This document shows, in pieces, positions 11,727 through 24,789 of a stretch of 64,000 bases of DNA. The stretch is from NCBI GenBank assembly GCA_951406725.2, contig OX597823.1, positions 98,518,001-98,582,000 on the forward strand, given 5' to 3'. How positions within the stretch are numbered: the stretch's first letter is position 1; every line of letters begins with the position of its first letter. The notes under the pieces were generated by a model. The model was not told where the DNA came from and did not search any database. It saw only the letters and a list, made by a program, of their open reading frames with translations. Position numbers and translations under genes: made by a program. The stretch comes from Octopus vulgaris. Lineage: Eukaryota.

Positions 11727-12894
11727 GCTATGTCTTTGGTTTTCAAGTGCCAACATCCCTAATTTGTTTGCTTGTGTTTTCTTGATTAAAAGAGTTAAAA
11801 GGTTTCAAATTCTTAATCCCCATTTAAATTTCATTTTCTCAGTAGCCTGTCATATATATGTATATATGTATGTGTGTGTGTATATGTTTGTGTGTCTGTG
11901 TTTGTCCCCCAAACATCACTTGACAACCAATGCTGGTGTGTTTACATCCCTGTAACTTAGTGGTTCGGTGAAAGAGACTGATAGAATAAGTACTAGGCTT
12001 ACAAAGAATAAGTCCTGGGTTGATTTGCTCGACTAAGAGGCGGTGCTCCAGCATGGCCACAATCAAATGACTGAAACAAATAAAAGAGTATATACATCAG
12101 GCCATTAAGAATGAAATATCCAGTTTTGAACTGTAAGTTTATTTTACTTCATCTCAACAAAAAGCAATGCAATTAATCAAAGTATGAACCTAAATTATCA
12201 ACACAATCTTCCCATCATCACCTCTCTCTTTTTAATCCAAAACACCTCTCAATGAACTATAATAACTTCTCAACAATTTCCTGTAACTCCATGAGCTCAT
12301 GAACAACAACGCTATGTCTTTGGTTTTCAAGTGCCAACATCCCTAATTTGTTTGCTTGTGTTTTCTTGATTAAAAGAGTTAAAAGGTTTCAAATTCTTAA
12401 TCCCCATTTAAATTTCATTTTCTCAGTAGCCCGTCATATATATGTATATATGTATGTGTGTGTGTATATGTTTGTGTGTCTGTGTTTGTCCCCCCAAACA
12501 TCACTTGACAACCAATGCTGGTGTGTTTACATCCCTGTAACTTAGTGGTCCGGTGAAAGAGACTGATAGAATAAGTACTAGGCTTACAAAGAATAAGTCG
12601 TGGGTTGATTTGCTCGACTAAGAGGCGGTGCTCCAGCATGGCCACAATCAAATGACTGAAACAAATAAAAGAGTATATACATCAGGCCATTAAGAATGAA
12701 ATATCCAGTTTTGAACTGTAAGTTTATTTTACTTCATCTCAACAAAAAGCAATGCAATTAATCAAAGTATGAACCTAAATTATCAACACAATCTTCCCAT
12801 CATCACCTCTCTCTTTTAATCCAAAACACCTCTCAATGAACTATAATAACTTCTCAACAATTTCCTGTAACTCCACGAGCTCATGAACAACAAC
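11727..12894 (+). repeat. Near-identical 584-bp tandem duplication containing the 3' half of a CORE-type SINE
   Basis: Copy 1 is 11727-12310 and copy 2 is 12311-12894; GCT microhomology at the breakpoints; only a handful of differences. Confidence 0.92.
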
Positions 12895-12968
12895 GCTGCT
12901 ACTTGTGCGAGTTTGGCTAGTCCATTCTCACAGTGGGTGTCATGATTCTTGCCGTAACAATATATACA

Positions 12969-13851
12969 CAGGGTGCAATGGGTAAACTGTTACCATTTTA
13001 TATCTTTAATTTTGCGCATGTGCATTGTTTGTTTTTGATTTTGTCGACTACAAAGTATAGTAGGATCAGTTGGGTGCTGTCTGTGAGAAAAACAGCACCA
13101 TGACACAATTCACTCTGCCAGAAATTTGGAAATGACATGCAGCAGTCATGGCATACATGCTGGAAGCTCCAATATAGACATTTCAGAGTGTTTGGGTGTC
13201 AATCTGAAGACAGTGCAATCTGAGGACATGTACCAAGAGTGATAAAAATTAAACATCCGATCAATATCATGGTGTTTGGAGTGATCACTAGTGATGACGA
13301 TGGTATACCTTCATTCATCTTCCCACATGGCCTCAGACTCAATATGGAGGCCTACATCAAGTGCCTGGAGGAGGTAGTGCTACCCTTGGTCAAGAGGGTG
13401 GCTGCAGGAAGACCCTATGTCTGGCAACAGGACTCTGCACTATGCCACACAAGTAGGAGACGCAGTCATGGTTGTCAGACAATTTCTGTGACCACATCAC
13501 CCCTAACATTGGGTCACCTAACTCCCCAGACTGCTAACCCCTTGATTATTATGTGTAGGGCTTAGTTGAACAAGAGACCAACATAACTTCTTGTAATGCC
13601 AAAGATAAACTGAAGGATTATGGCAGCATGCACCAACTTAAACAAGGAGACTGTCCAGAAGAGGTGCAGGAGATTCCAAAGTCGTCTGGAGGTAGTAGTC
13701 GAAGCCAATGGCAATTTTGTTGAGTATATTTACTCTTTAGTATTTCAAAATATTTTTATGTAATTTTGGTAAATGTACCTGTTAAAATGAAATGTCAGTG
13801 TTACTTTTCATTTTTGCATAATTTAGATGACAGTTTATTCACCACACTCTC
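12969..13851 (+). mobile_element. Internally deleted Tc1/mariner-superfamily transposon, DD37D (maT/mori) type
   Basis: KHPINIMVFGVITSD...YVWQQDSALCHTS...NSPDCxPLDYYV; after one frameshift is repaired the D-to-D spacing is 37. Degenerate TIRs (CAGGGTG...GGTAAACTGT versus ACAGTTTATTCACCACACTCT). Confidence 0.8.
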
Positions 13852-13953
13852 AATATATATATATATAATAATAAATATTAGGGAATAAATCCAAACTTAC
13901 AGGGAAAAATCAGATTTAGGATTGAATCCAATTTTATAGTAAAATATTTAAAC

Positions 13954-14017
13954 CACCTGATGAATGACTGTAACTCGAAAATTTAAAGAAATTAACAGCC
14001 ATGAAACGATCGTAGTG
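13954..14017 (+). ncRNA. Type I hammerhead ribozyme motif in a PLE-like terminal remnant
   Basis: CAC-CTGATGA-ATGACTGT...ACAGCCAT-GAAAC-GATC-GTA-GTG: canonical core, 7/8-bp stem II, palindromic stem III (ACGATCGT), short stem I. Confidence 0.65.
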
Positions 14018-14207
14018 TTATATTAATTATATTTTTTTAACAATTTTGTTATATATTTAAATAATATAAATTAAATAATCTTATGTATTGGCTTAAGTTT
14101 TTCATTGTATGATTTGCCTAATAGTGGTTTTGTCTCTAATTTAATATAATATATATATATATATATATATAAATATATAAATTTATATATATATATATAC
14201 ATATGTA

Positions 14208-14560
14208 TATAATATGTGACAATTATTCGGTAGCCAAGATAAAACTCTCTGATTTTAGATGCCAAGGTGGAAATCCACAAGACCATCTCTTTAGTTATCT
14301 GGCCATCTGAAAAATGCTATGAAAAAAGACCATTATACAAAGGGAAATTACTGTATTATAGACCACTATTTATATTTATATTTATTTATTTTTGTATAAA
14401 TAGCAGTCTATAACACAGTAATTTCCCTTTGTATAATGGTCTTTTTTCATAGCGTTTTTCGGATGGCCAGATAATTGAAGAGATGGTGGTGTGGATTTCC
14501 ACCTCGGCATCCGAAACTCAGAGTTTTATCTTGGCTACCGAATAATTGTCACATATTATA
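14208..14560. mobile_element. Inverted pair of PLE-like termini (about 167-bp arms, 20-bp spacer), each arm with a decayed hammerhead
   Basis: Arms 14208-14374 and 14395-14560 are reverse-complementary. The right arm at 14470-14530 reads GATAA-TTGAAGA-GATG...CATC-CGAAAC-TCAGA-GTT-TTATC. A TA-rich tract lies on the left. Confidence 0.75.
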
Positions 14561-14734
14561 TTTACAGATAAATTCCTCTATTACATCTATTGCATCATGC
14601 TTTAGTTTGCTTGAAATATTTACTTTTCCTGGGCACTCAGTAATTTCATTCCTTACATTGTATTATATTTACACTTGCTGTTTTTCTGTATATGCCATAC
14701 AGTTATTTCTATGTATATATATTTCAACTAAATA

Positions 14735-14978
14735 TATAAAATACAAAAATGGGATAAGAACGCAAAACATCCAGACAGTTAGGTGATACAAAAAAGGAAT
14801 AACAAAATATCCAGACAGACGATACAAGAAAAACAAGGACAAGTCATTCGGAGTTTTCTATCCTCAGTCAAGTTCCAGATTATCTTTGCAATTTTGGCTG
14901 GTTATACTCGAGATTGCTCCAATCTGGCCAGCCCCAAGGAAAAAATAAGCTAAGAGCATTAGATTCCTTGGAAGAAAT
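14735..14978 (-). mobile_element. Probable PLE terminal remnant of another family
   Basis: Short internal repeat (ATCCAGACAG twice, GATACAA twice) and a T-rich minus-strand 3' end abutting TA-rich sequence. The family assignment is from memory of octopus repeats. Confidence 0.35.
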
Positions 14979-15558
14979 AATACAATCAAATACTTGGTTA
15001 TGACCCAAAGATATGCTTGGCCATTTATCTTAATACAGCACTATTATTTATCAATCCCAAAAGAATGAACATTTGGCTGGATTAGAAGTTTATATTAGCA
15101 AGCCACTAAATTATTCATTAGGTTTGGCTCCTTACCATATTTCTTTCATCACAAATATACTTTTTGAGGAATAATTTGGTCACTATATTAATATTGAATA
15201 TTTGATTTAGGGAAGCTTTGCAAGTGGATTGTGAAAACAATTTTGTGGGTGCAATAAGTTGTGAATTTCTGAGAGTCATATATTGCATTATTTAAAAAGG
15301 AGAAAATAGAATGACAAGAAGAACAAGTTAAAAGTAGTGAAATCATTAAAGCTAAGTTATATAGATTGTTTGTCAGTTTGCATTTATAATAATATATGCA
15401 AATCTAGCGACCATATAGACCAGTAGTAGATTTAGGAAATTACATGACCTAAAGATAATAAATAAGTTCCATGAGTCAATCTATGAAGTTAGGTTAATCA
15501 ACTCCCCCCACCCACCCCAAAAAGAGTGAAAGACAAAGTTTATTTTTATTTATTTATT

Positions 15559-15596
<38 letters not shown>

Positions 15597-15926
15597 TAAT
15601 TGGTAATTGTTACTTTTAATGTAAATGGACAGGATGCAACAATAGTAAGTGAGACTTTAGATTCATTTATTTGAGCTTGACCTTGTGACACAAATCCCAC
15701 TTAATCCAATATTGGTATTGAAAAATTCATGGTAACTTCATTTACCATTCAATTCCATGCTTGTGTGTTTGAATTCCACAACCTGTAAAATTTCCTCCTA
15801 TTACATCTCTCCTCTGAAATAGCATGTTTGCTGAGTCATTGTTGTGAATGCTACCATTATTATTTGTTTGGTAAGAACATATACACATATGCATGTGCAC
15901 ATACAGTTAAATGAAATAGATAACCA

Positions 15927-16160
15927 TAAGGCGGTGAGCTGGCAGAAACATTAGCACGCCAGGCGAAATGCTTAGTGGTATTTCGTCTGCTGCTACATTC
16001 TGAGTTCAAATTTCGCTGAGGTCGACTTTACCTTTCATCCTTTCGGGGTCGATAAATTATGTACCAGTTACACACTGGGGTCAGTATAATCGACTTAATC
16101 CGTTTGTCTGTCCTTTTTGTCCCCTCTGTGTTTAGCCCCTTGTGGGTAGTAAAGAAATAG
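15927..16160 (+). mobile_element. tRNA-derived SINE, monomer form
   Basis: Same family as 8013 and 10096; TSD AAATAGATAACCA at 15914-15926 and 16161-16173. Confidence 0.9.
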
Positions 16161-17729
16161 AAATAGATAACCAATCTTAGGATTTCGGCTGAACAAACGT
16201 CACTAAAAGAAGTCTTATTGAGACAACAATTGTAAAGATTTTATTTCAAATTATTGTTTAGGATTTAGAAAATTTAGAAAAGTTATCTTCATGACAATGC
16301 AAACTTATCCTACTACCACTATCACGTCTGCCAATAAAAGAGCTGAGTCATCAAAAGAGCTAGAAACCGCAAGTTGTTTGACTTACTAGAAACAGCAGCC
16401 AACTCTCCCTCAAATAACACTAGTGTTTTAGAAACTAATTCTTCAGGATAATGCAAGGTGTACATAAGCTGGAGGTTCATGGCTGGAAGTCCTGCTTGAC
16501 TGGGGACAACTTAGGCCTAAAAAACAACTGCAATGGAGCGAGCCTTTGTATGGGTTCTTAATTTCAAATATCCTTCATTTATCACATCCTGCTGTCTTAA
16601 ATATGAAAAAACAAGGGATTGCAATGGTTGGAAAGCCTTTGCTTATTGATCTACTCAATCAGGGTTGAATCAACAACAACAAATCAACAGAAACACTGAG
16701 CAAATAAAAAAGCTACTATGTAATTTTTAACTGCTAGAAACAACAGCTAGATGACTTTCAGATCACACTATTTTAAGAAAAGGCACCCTCCATAGTGAAA
16801 AAATGTCCCATAGGTAGCTAGTTCTGCATCCCAAACACAAGCATTTCTCTTTATAGTCAAAAATATTTGATTTCCCAACAATTGCTGAGACTCTACAAAG
16901 CTCAGTGAGGCCCATAACAGATTATTGTGCCTATATCCTGGCCAGCAGCTAGAGAAGTATTTCTTACATCATCTTATAATTAAAGTGAATTTTCTAACAT
17001 TATTTTTAATTAAATACCACTAAGTTGCTTAAATGGGTTTTTTGTCATATTACACAAGCTTTTAAAATGAAAGCATTGCTGACGCTTACACATCGTTGTA
17101 TCTTAAAATTGTTACTTTTTTCACTGTTGTTTCTAAATAACTACTTAGAAGTTACCTGAACATTTTTTCCTCTCTTGGTAATATGCATGCTTTTAAAATG
17201 ATTTTTTTTTCTTATTATAATAAACAATACTTTGTTTTCATTTCGGCATTTCAAGTAAACCATAATTTTTACCTGATATATATGTATACTTGATGTATAG
17301 TTTTTACTTGATATATCTTTATACTTCATACTTCATATATGAAGTAAACCATAGTGTTTACTTTATGCGTTCCCACTGTAATTCTATACATTTACCTGGA
17401 AAGTAAATAAATAATTTTACCAGAATGGTGAATTGACAACTCATTTCAAAAAGTAAACAAAAATATTTGAAAGATTTCAGAAGAAACATTTATGAATAGA
17501 TCTCTCTCTTTCTATATATATATACACACGTGTGTGTGTGTGTGTGTAAAAAAGTACCTAGTACACATTTCAATGTCACTGGCATGAGGAAGGGCTTCCA
17601 GCCACTGAATCCATGCCAAAGGTGTCATTGCAACTTGATGCTACCCTGTGGCTCACTAGAATTTGTCAAACCATTCAACCCATGCCAGCATAGAAATAGA
17701 TGTTAAATGATGTATATGCATATGTGTGT

Positions 17730-18900
17730 GTATCTATAATGTAAATCCCGTTCTCTGTGTGTGTGTGTAAAAGATTATAATGGCTGTATTTTTCAACTGA
17801 TTTTCTCCAAACTGTGAACAGACATTACCTATGTTCCAGGGATGGTTTTAGACTCTTAAAAGTTTTCACATAATGAGTAACAGGGCCCCTTGGGGCAGAA
17901 TATACCCATTCCTGGGTTATGTGGAGAAGGGAGGTAACTCTTTGTGAAGTAACTTTCAGAAATTGATTGTCTCACTTACATCCATTTGTCAAAAAATTAT
18001 CACAATCTCATCTTCTAAAATATAAAATAGAGATGTGTGTGTATTCACTTTTCACGTGCAAACAGCTTCACCAATTGCTTTCATACCTGTTATGCATGAA
18101 TAATTTGACCATGGACACATGTTCAGCTCTTAATTTGATTTTTTTTATTAAAAATAAAAAAAATATTGATTTTTATATTAGATTCATGTCTTTGAAAGTT
18201 AAAAAAAATATTTACTTTCGGTTTTCTAGTGTCAGTGACGTCTATATCTCTCTATCCATCTCTCTCTATCTATTTTTATCTCTCTATATCTCTCCATCCA
18301 TCTGTATATCTATCTATCTATCTGTATCTGTCTGTCTATCTATATCTATCTTATTTGTCTAACTAGCTAGCTCTCTTTCTATATCTCACTCACTCTCTAT
18401 TGTTTTCACTGTAAGTTTTCAATTGCTATATACAAACAACAATGATAAATTACTGACAGAAAGAAGTTCACAATTACTGATGAAAGTAATTTCATGCATA
18501 ATTTACTGACAGAAGAACTTCATAAATTTCACTTCAGTCCATACACTTCGTTAAATTTGCCTACAAATTTCTTATTTACTATTGCAACATTTTGTATTTT
18601 GTTGATGGAATTACTGATAAAAGTAAGTTCATAATTTACTGACAGAAGTAACCTCAAAAATTTCCTGAAAAATTTCTTATTTACTTTTGCAATGGTTTTG
18701 TGTTTTTTGTTGTTAATGGCATTTTTCCTGTTCCTTCAATACAAATTTCGCTTCAACTCATGCAATTCTTTATTTTCTGTAAAAATTTCTTATTTACTTT
18801 CTGCCCGTCATATTAAGAAATATAATTTCCATTACTCAGTTATTTTCATTGTTGTCTATCTTCTGCACTTGTGTATCCCTAGAAGGAAAGTGTCAAATTT
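17730..18900 (+). mobile_element. Possible decayed non-autonomous Helitron/Helentron-like sequence with short internal repeats
   Basis: TCTATAAT...(TG)n...TCAACTGATTTTCTCCAAACT start motif, a (TCTA)n tract, and recurrent ATTACTGAxAxAAG and AAATTTCTTATTTACT units. No clear 3' CTAG hairpin end was found. Confidence 0.3.
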
Positions 18901-20130
18901 GTCTAGAATGTCAAGGTCAGCCAAAACAATGTCTCTGTGGCAAAAATTTGAAATCATTATTATCATTAAGGTGGCAAGCTTGCAGAATCATTAGCATCAC
19001 CAGGCAAAATGCTTTGTAGCATTTCATCTGTTTTTACGTTCTGAGTGCAAATTCCACCAACATCAACTTTACCTTTCATTACATGTTTTCTTTTTTAGTT
19101 ATTAAACAAAAATCATATTTTTAATGATCAATCATATTTTAATCAAAATTGATAATTAAAGCTATAGGAATTATTTCATGCTTAATTGCTTATCTACGAA
19201 CAGATTAGAATGAATTAGGTGGTTTAAAACATTGTTTGATCCTCAATATTTATACTAAATCATTGTTTTTACATTGCTTCTTTCATAAGCGATTGACTGT
19301 TGCCAAGTTATATGAGTAACTATATTGTGACAGAAATTCTGGAAGCACAAAAGTAAAATTGGGGCTGATAGATATCAATCTCAAAAACTACAAGAAAACA
19401 CCCTAAATATCTTCTTTGCTACTCCACATCTTCCCTTGTTTATGTCAAATATTGATACAGATGTTGATATTTTAATTGACAGATTGCTGAAAAAGCAAGC
19501 TACAACAATTTGTCTTTATAATAGGATCTAACAATTCTTCAGCTAAACTTTTATAATTTCAGCATTACATTTTATTTATTCATATTTTTTTCTTCAAAAG
19601 AATGAACTGAATTTCCTTAGGGATGGCAGCTTTCAACAATACAGAATAAAATCAGGATGAGATTGCATGACCAAGTGGATAAGCTGACAGCTTTTAGCTA
19701 AAGAAGCATAAATTGTATTCTGATCTCATCATGGATGCTATTAAACTTCTGTTTCACTTACCTGGCACCAGAGCAATTAAGTATAGCAAGAGGAGGGGAA
19801 GCAGGAAAGATATTCCTTCAGTGAAATTTGTTAGATATAAAGTCACTTAAGTGAGTGACAGCTGCCATTAGTTACACATAATAATCCATCACATCTCTCA
19901 GGGCTTCACATTCACATTTTCCAAGTTAAGTCATTTCAACAGATTTACTCGCATCTAATTGGTAAAAGATTGATTTATCTAAGTTATATGCTACCCTAAT
20001 TAAACCAGAACTGTTTGGCTAGTTAAATCATTTGATCCCTTTATTGTGTGGTTCAGTTATTTCATTTATAATACTTGTAAGATCTAACTTGAAACCAAAA
20101 GGTTTATGTATTTCGTTTATTGATTTAGAT

Positions 20131-22937
20131 CAAAGGTTCTCAACAGGGGCCATTTAGAGCTCAGGGGGGCGTTTGGGAGCAAAGGGGATCTAGGGAGGCA
20201 TTAAGAGACTTTGGGAGTGCTCCGCAGTGGTTCGTGCTGTGTCTCCCCTCTCTTTATCACTATGTCTCTCTCTATCAACTGTCACTCTGTCTATATCTCA
20301 CTTTCTTTCGATTCCACCCACCTAGCCAATACGCCCTGCTTCCTACTTACCTCCTCCGCAACCCCCTCTCCTTTAAAAACCAATGCACGCGGCCTGACCC
20401 TTTCTATCTGACTTACATACCCTGGCTGTAAACACGAAACACGAACCTCAGGATGAAAAATAGCAGCAAAGATATTTTTAAGATTTCGACTTGCTCCTCC
20501 TTTCATTGTATTTTGTGAGTATTATCACCATAAAACCTTATTATTTTCTCCTTCTTACTGTCGATGTCTTTTGTCTCAAACACTAGCTCAAGCATTTCCT
20601 CACAACATATACCCTCACTCATAGAAACTTATTCACACAAACACAGCATTTTGTCTCTAATCTTGTCTTTCTCCCTCATCTATCAGTCATGCTATTCAAT
20701 TCCTACACTATTTGCCTATCTATCGGTCTTTTCTGTCGCTTAAATTCCTACCCCATCGTTCCCAGTTCGCGGTGGTGCACCCTCCCACCCCCTCCACCTG
20801 TACCGGAAGTCCTTATCTCATCTCGTCTTCCTTTGCTTGTCTTCCATGAACTCCTAAAGGCCTTACGCCAACACTACCCCCACTATATAAGGTAGTGACC
20901 ATACGGTGCAAAACATGATAGTGTAATGTAGCAGGTTGAACTTAAGATCATTGCTTTGCTTATGAATTCTGCCAAATGCGAGCTCTCTTTTCAGGTACAT
21001 GACGCCACTGCTCCCTGTCCCAGGGTCTCTAGGGCCCATACCTCCCACACCCTCAGGGTTGGCACTCTCAACGTTGGCACACTGAAAGGTAGGTCTGGTA
21101 AGATTGTTGAGATGCATGGCTGTTCACACACATGCGTCATATAGTCTGCCTTTTACTCTGAGCGAGAGGCCTTTTGTCCCTAGCAGAGGTAAGAGCTCTC
21201 TGAACTTTGCCCAAGCTATTCTTACTCTAGCAGTTACACTTTCAACACACCCGCCCCCGCTACTGACTTGGTCACCTAGGAAAACCTGGGATGAGATGGT
21301 GAAGCACGACCTTCGAACTTTAGGTCTCACCGAGGAAATGACTAGAGACCAAGACCTTTGGAAGTATGCTGTGCGTGAGAAGACCCAGCAGGACAAGTGA
21401 GACCATAACCCATGGCCTCAGTCCACTTATGCATACCTTTCCTTCTTGGGACACAAAACTCTACTTGTGAAGACCTGTTGAGGCAAGTGAAAATCAAAAT
21501 CAAAATCAAAATCGATCAACATCAATGGAAATTCTAGCTGTGATACCAGTGCCGATGGCACATAAGAGAACCATCCGAACGTGGCTGTTGCCAGCACTGC
21601 CCCAACTGGCTTCCGTGCCGGTGGCACGTAAAAAGCACCATCCAATTGTGGCCGTTGCCAGCCTTGCCTGGCACCTGTGCCGGTGGCAGGTAAAAAGCAG
21701 CCACTACACCCATGGAGTGGTTGGCGTTAGGAAGGGCATCCAGCCGTAGAAACATTGCCAGATCAGACTGGTGCAGCCTTCTGGCTTCCCAGACTCCAGT
21801 TGCACCGTCCAACCCATGCTAGCATGGAAAGCGGAAGCTAAACGATGATGATGATGATGATGAAGTAGTAGCCATATTTTCACATCTCTGCGACAGTCAA
21901 CTTAAAAAATAAATCATGTTTTTTTGTTTCAAAATTTTGAAAACTTAAAAAACACTTCTTTCACTTTAATGACACCAAGCAAATTCCTGGTACCATGTGT
22001 AACTGGTGTCCCTAAAGTGAAACCCCCAAAACAAAAACTAAAAACAGATGAAAAAAACAGATGATTGAAAGAAAAAAATCTAAGGAATAAAACCTGAAAA
22101 GCTGAATGTGTGTGTGTGTGTGTTTGTGTGCAAATATATAAAGAATGGTGGTTGGAATTTTGTATCAAACTGGCTTTTGGGTGTGGCTGATAGGTATGTT
22201 TTTGTGTATGTGTGTGTATGTATGGGTATGTTTGTATGTGTATGATTGCATGTATTGCTGTTTTGAATTCCTTTCTGTGATTGAACTTAAATTGATTTTG
22301 TGAATGAAACAAACAAGATCCTGAATAAGAAATGAATGTTTAATATGACAAAATTTCAGATTCTTTTACACCATTTTAAAAGGAGGCTGATTTTGTGACT
22401 CAATCAAACTAGATCCAAGTACAGTGAATACCATCCTCCACCACTTTCTTCTCATGTGAAGTACATATGTATTTCAATGATTTCTATCAAATACACTCTC
22501 TTTCTTGAGCATAAAAAATCCTCTTCCCAGGTGACAATAACTTATATGTCAGATTGTTGCACAAGTTTTAGCTGTTTTGATAAGGGAAATTGGAAAGGTT
22601 TGAAAGGATTTCATTGGCATTTACTTGTGCCAAAGAGCACTCTTTCGATAGACAACATGTTGATCTCATAAGTGTCGCATGGTGGAAATAAATGCAATTA
22701 CCAAACTTTCAATTCATTATTTCGTGTTTTTGCATTTCAATTTGTACATCTGTGCTCCCGACTGCATACAAGTGCATATGCAAAACAACATCCTTTATTT
22801 TTTAATCATTATCTGCTGATATCAAAATAAGTAGTATATTGAAAAATAAAAATATTTTGTGTGTGTGTGTGGGGGTGTCAATTGTGACTCCAAGTGTCAA
22901 AAGGGAGCCTTTGGCCAAAATGGGTTGAGAACCTTTG
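20131..22937. mobile_element. Non-autonomous hAT-type DNA transposon carrying a nested RTE insertion
   Basis: Perfect 14-bp TIR CAAAGGTTCTCAAC (20131) / GTTGAGAACCTTTG (22924-22937) and perfect 8-bp TSD ATTTAGAT (20123-20130 and 22938-22945). Confidence 0.88.
20210..21862 (+). mobile_element. Rearranged RTE-clade LINE: putative 5' UTR, APE N-terminus, inverted internal fragment, C-terminus, 3' UTR
   Basis: LRVGTLNVGTLKGRSGKIVEM (+, ends about 21115); LGDQVSSGGGC...RIAWAKFRELLPLL...KGRLYDACV (-, 21118-21280); PRKTWDEMVKHDL...W (+, 21275-21400); 3' UTR ending in (GAT)n. The 5' boundary is uncertain. Confidence 0.8.
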
Positions 22938-24440
22938 ATTTAGATGATCAAAAGTTCAGACCTACCACTTAGACAACATTGTTTTTCTTGCCTAGATACA
23001 TGATTCCAATTAAAAATTAGAATCCGTTCTACTTTCATGGTTGAATTGGTTAGATTAAGAGTTAAATCTGACTGTATTTTATAGATTTCTCCAACAATTT
23101 GTCACGATACTTGAATTTATGGAACATTCAGCCAAAAATATAATGGAAAACTGGATGCCAAATGTACAATATATATAAAAATGTTGAACAAATTTTCCCT
23201 TGATTTTCTTTTTTTAATAGAAAATAAAAATAAAATAAAAGTAAAAACATTAAAATCGCTGAGTGTAGTAGCTTTATAGTCCATTACTTATCTGGGGACT
23301 TTATCCTTTTATGTCATAATATAAGTAAAGCCAGCTAAAAAATATTTTCATTCTTAATAGACATTGTCAATTTCCATGGCTTAAATTGTTCTGAATATTA
23401 TCCAAATATATAAGACAAACATCTGGCTCATAGAAAATCATTCTTGAGCCATTAAAAGAACTGCTACATGATTGCTTAACCTCCAAGAAATACCTACCAT
23501 CTTGCCTTCAAATCACACTATATTAACTTTTTTAAAAAAAGGACATTTTGAATAATGTAGTTCAGGTTTCCTTTCTCATAGGAAACAGACAAGCTTGTCA
23601 TAGCTAGGATATCTTTGGTTATAGGTTTACTTAATTAAGACTGGTTTAGTTCCAGATAGCAATAATAAATATTCTTCTCTCAGAAAAAGTTTCTATCCTT
23701 CTCTTGAACTTATGTTAGTAAAATGCAAACTAACTGAGGGGATATGACATTAGATTATCAGCCCTTATGCTTTGAGTTCAATTCCACAAAAGGTGGGAGT
23801 GAGTGGATTTTATTGTGGCACTGATACTAGAGAAGCTGTCCCATGTTAGAAAACTAAAGAGCTCCTAATCTGTATAACTCTTACTTTAAATTACTGCACT
23901 CTGCTCTTCTATTCTGGCATGGATCTTGCAGTGCTTTGATATTTGCCACAGTAAGTCCTTTGTCTTGCCATTCTTCATGACTAGGGTTTCGTCTCACCAC
24001 CTACTGCAGCATGTCCTGAGTCTCATTCCCTTCTGCAGTCTTTCATCTAACCATCTGCATGTGGTGGTTCTTCTGTTTTGCTGCCATATGCAATCCTTCA
24101 TCTTATTCGTTGGCCTCACCTCTTGGCATAGTCTTTTGGCACACACAACAAAGCAAAGAATGAGAATAGAATCATCCTGCTTTTCTGCTGCATACATCAT
24201 TATTTTTGGCTGGTTTCTGTAGATTGATGCTGTTCCTGCCATCAACCACAGGTGATGAGAGGAACAACATCTATCCAGAGAAACTGGGACTGGGTGTATT
24301 CTGTTGTGCCACTGGCACTAAAAGGGTTCTTTCATGACTGTCCAAATGTCAGATTGTCCTTTTTTCCCCCCCTATGCATTTTAATTCAGTTGTGAATTTT
24401 TGATATCCAAGTTCATGCTACTGGCCTCTTTGAGTTATTA

Positions 24441-24480
<40 letters not shown>

Positions 24481-24789
24481 CACATCACACATCACACACA
24501 CACAAACACACACATCACACAAACACACACATCACACCACACACACACACACAGAGTCTAGCAATTTTTTAAAATTAGCAATGGCATAATTTCTTTATGT
24601 CTCCATCATCATAGCATACTGTATTTTCTGACTCCCTGTGACTTTTAGAAGGATTATTATTCAGTTGTCTTCCACTGTCATACAGAAGTTGAACAATGAG
24701 GGCTTAGAGTAGAATGTGCTGCAAACTAAACCAAAGAAAGTTTGGATAGGTTGTTACATAAGTCAACTCTCGTAGTCATGTTTCTAAAA

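Noticed and set aside
14835-14875. Minus-strand CTGAGGA...CGAA possible hammerhead
   Set aside because: No GAAA core and no convincing stems.
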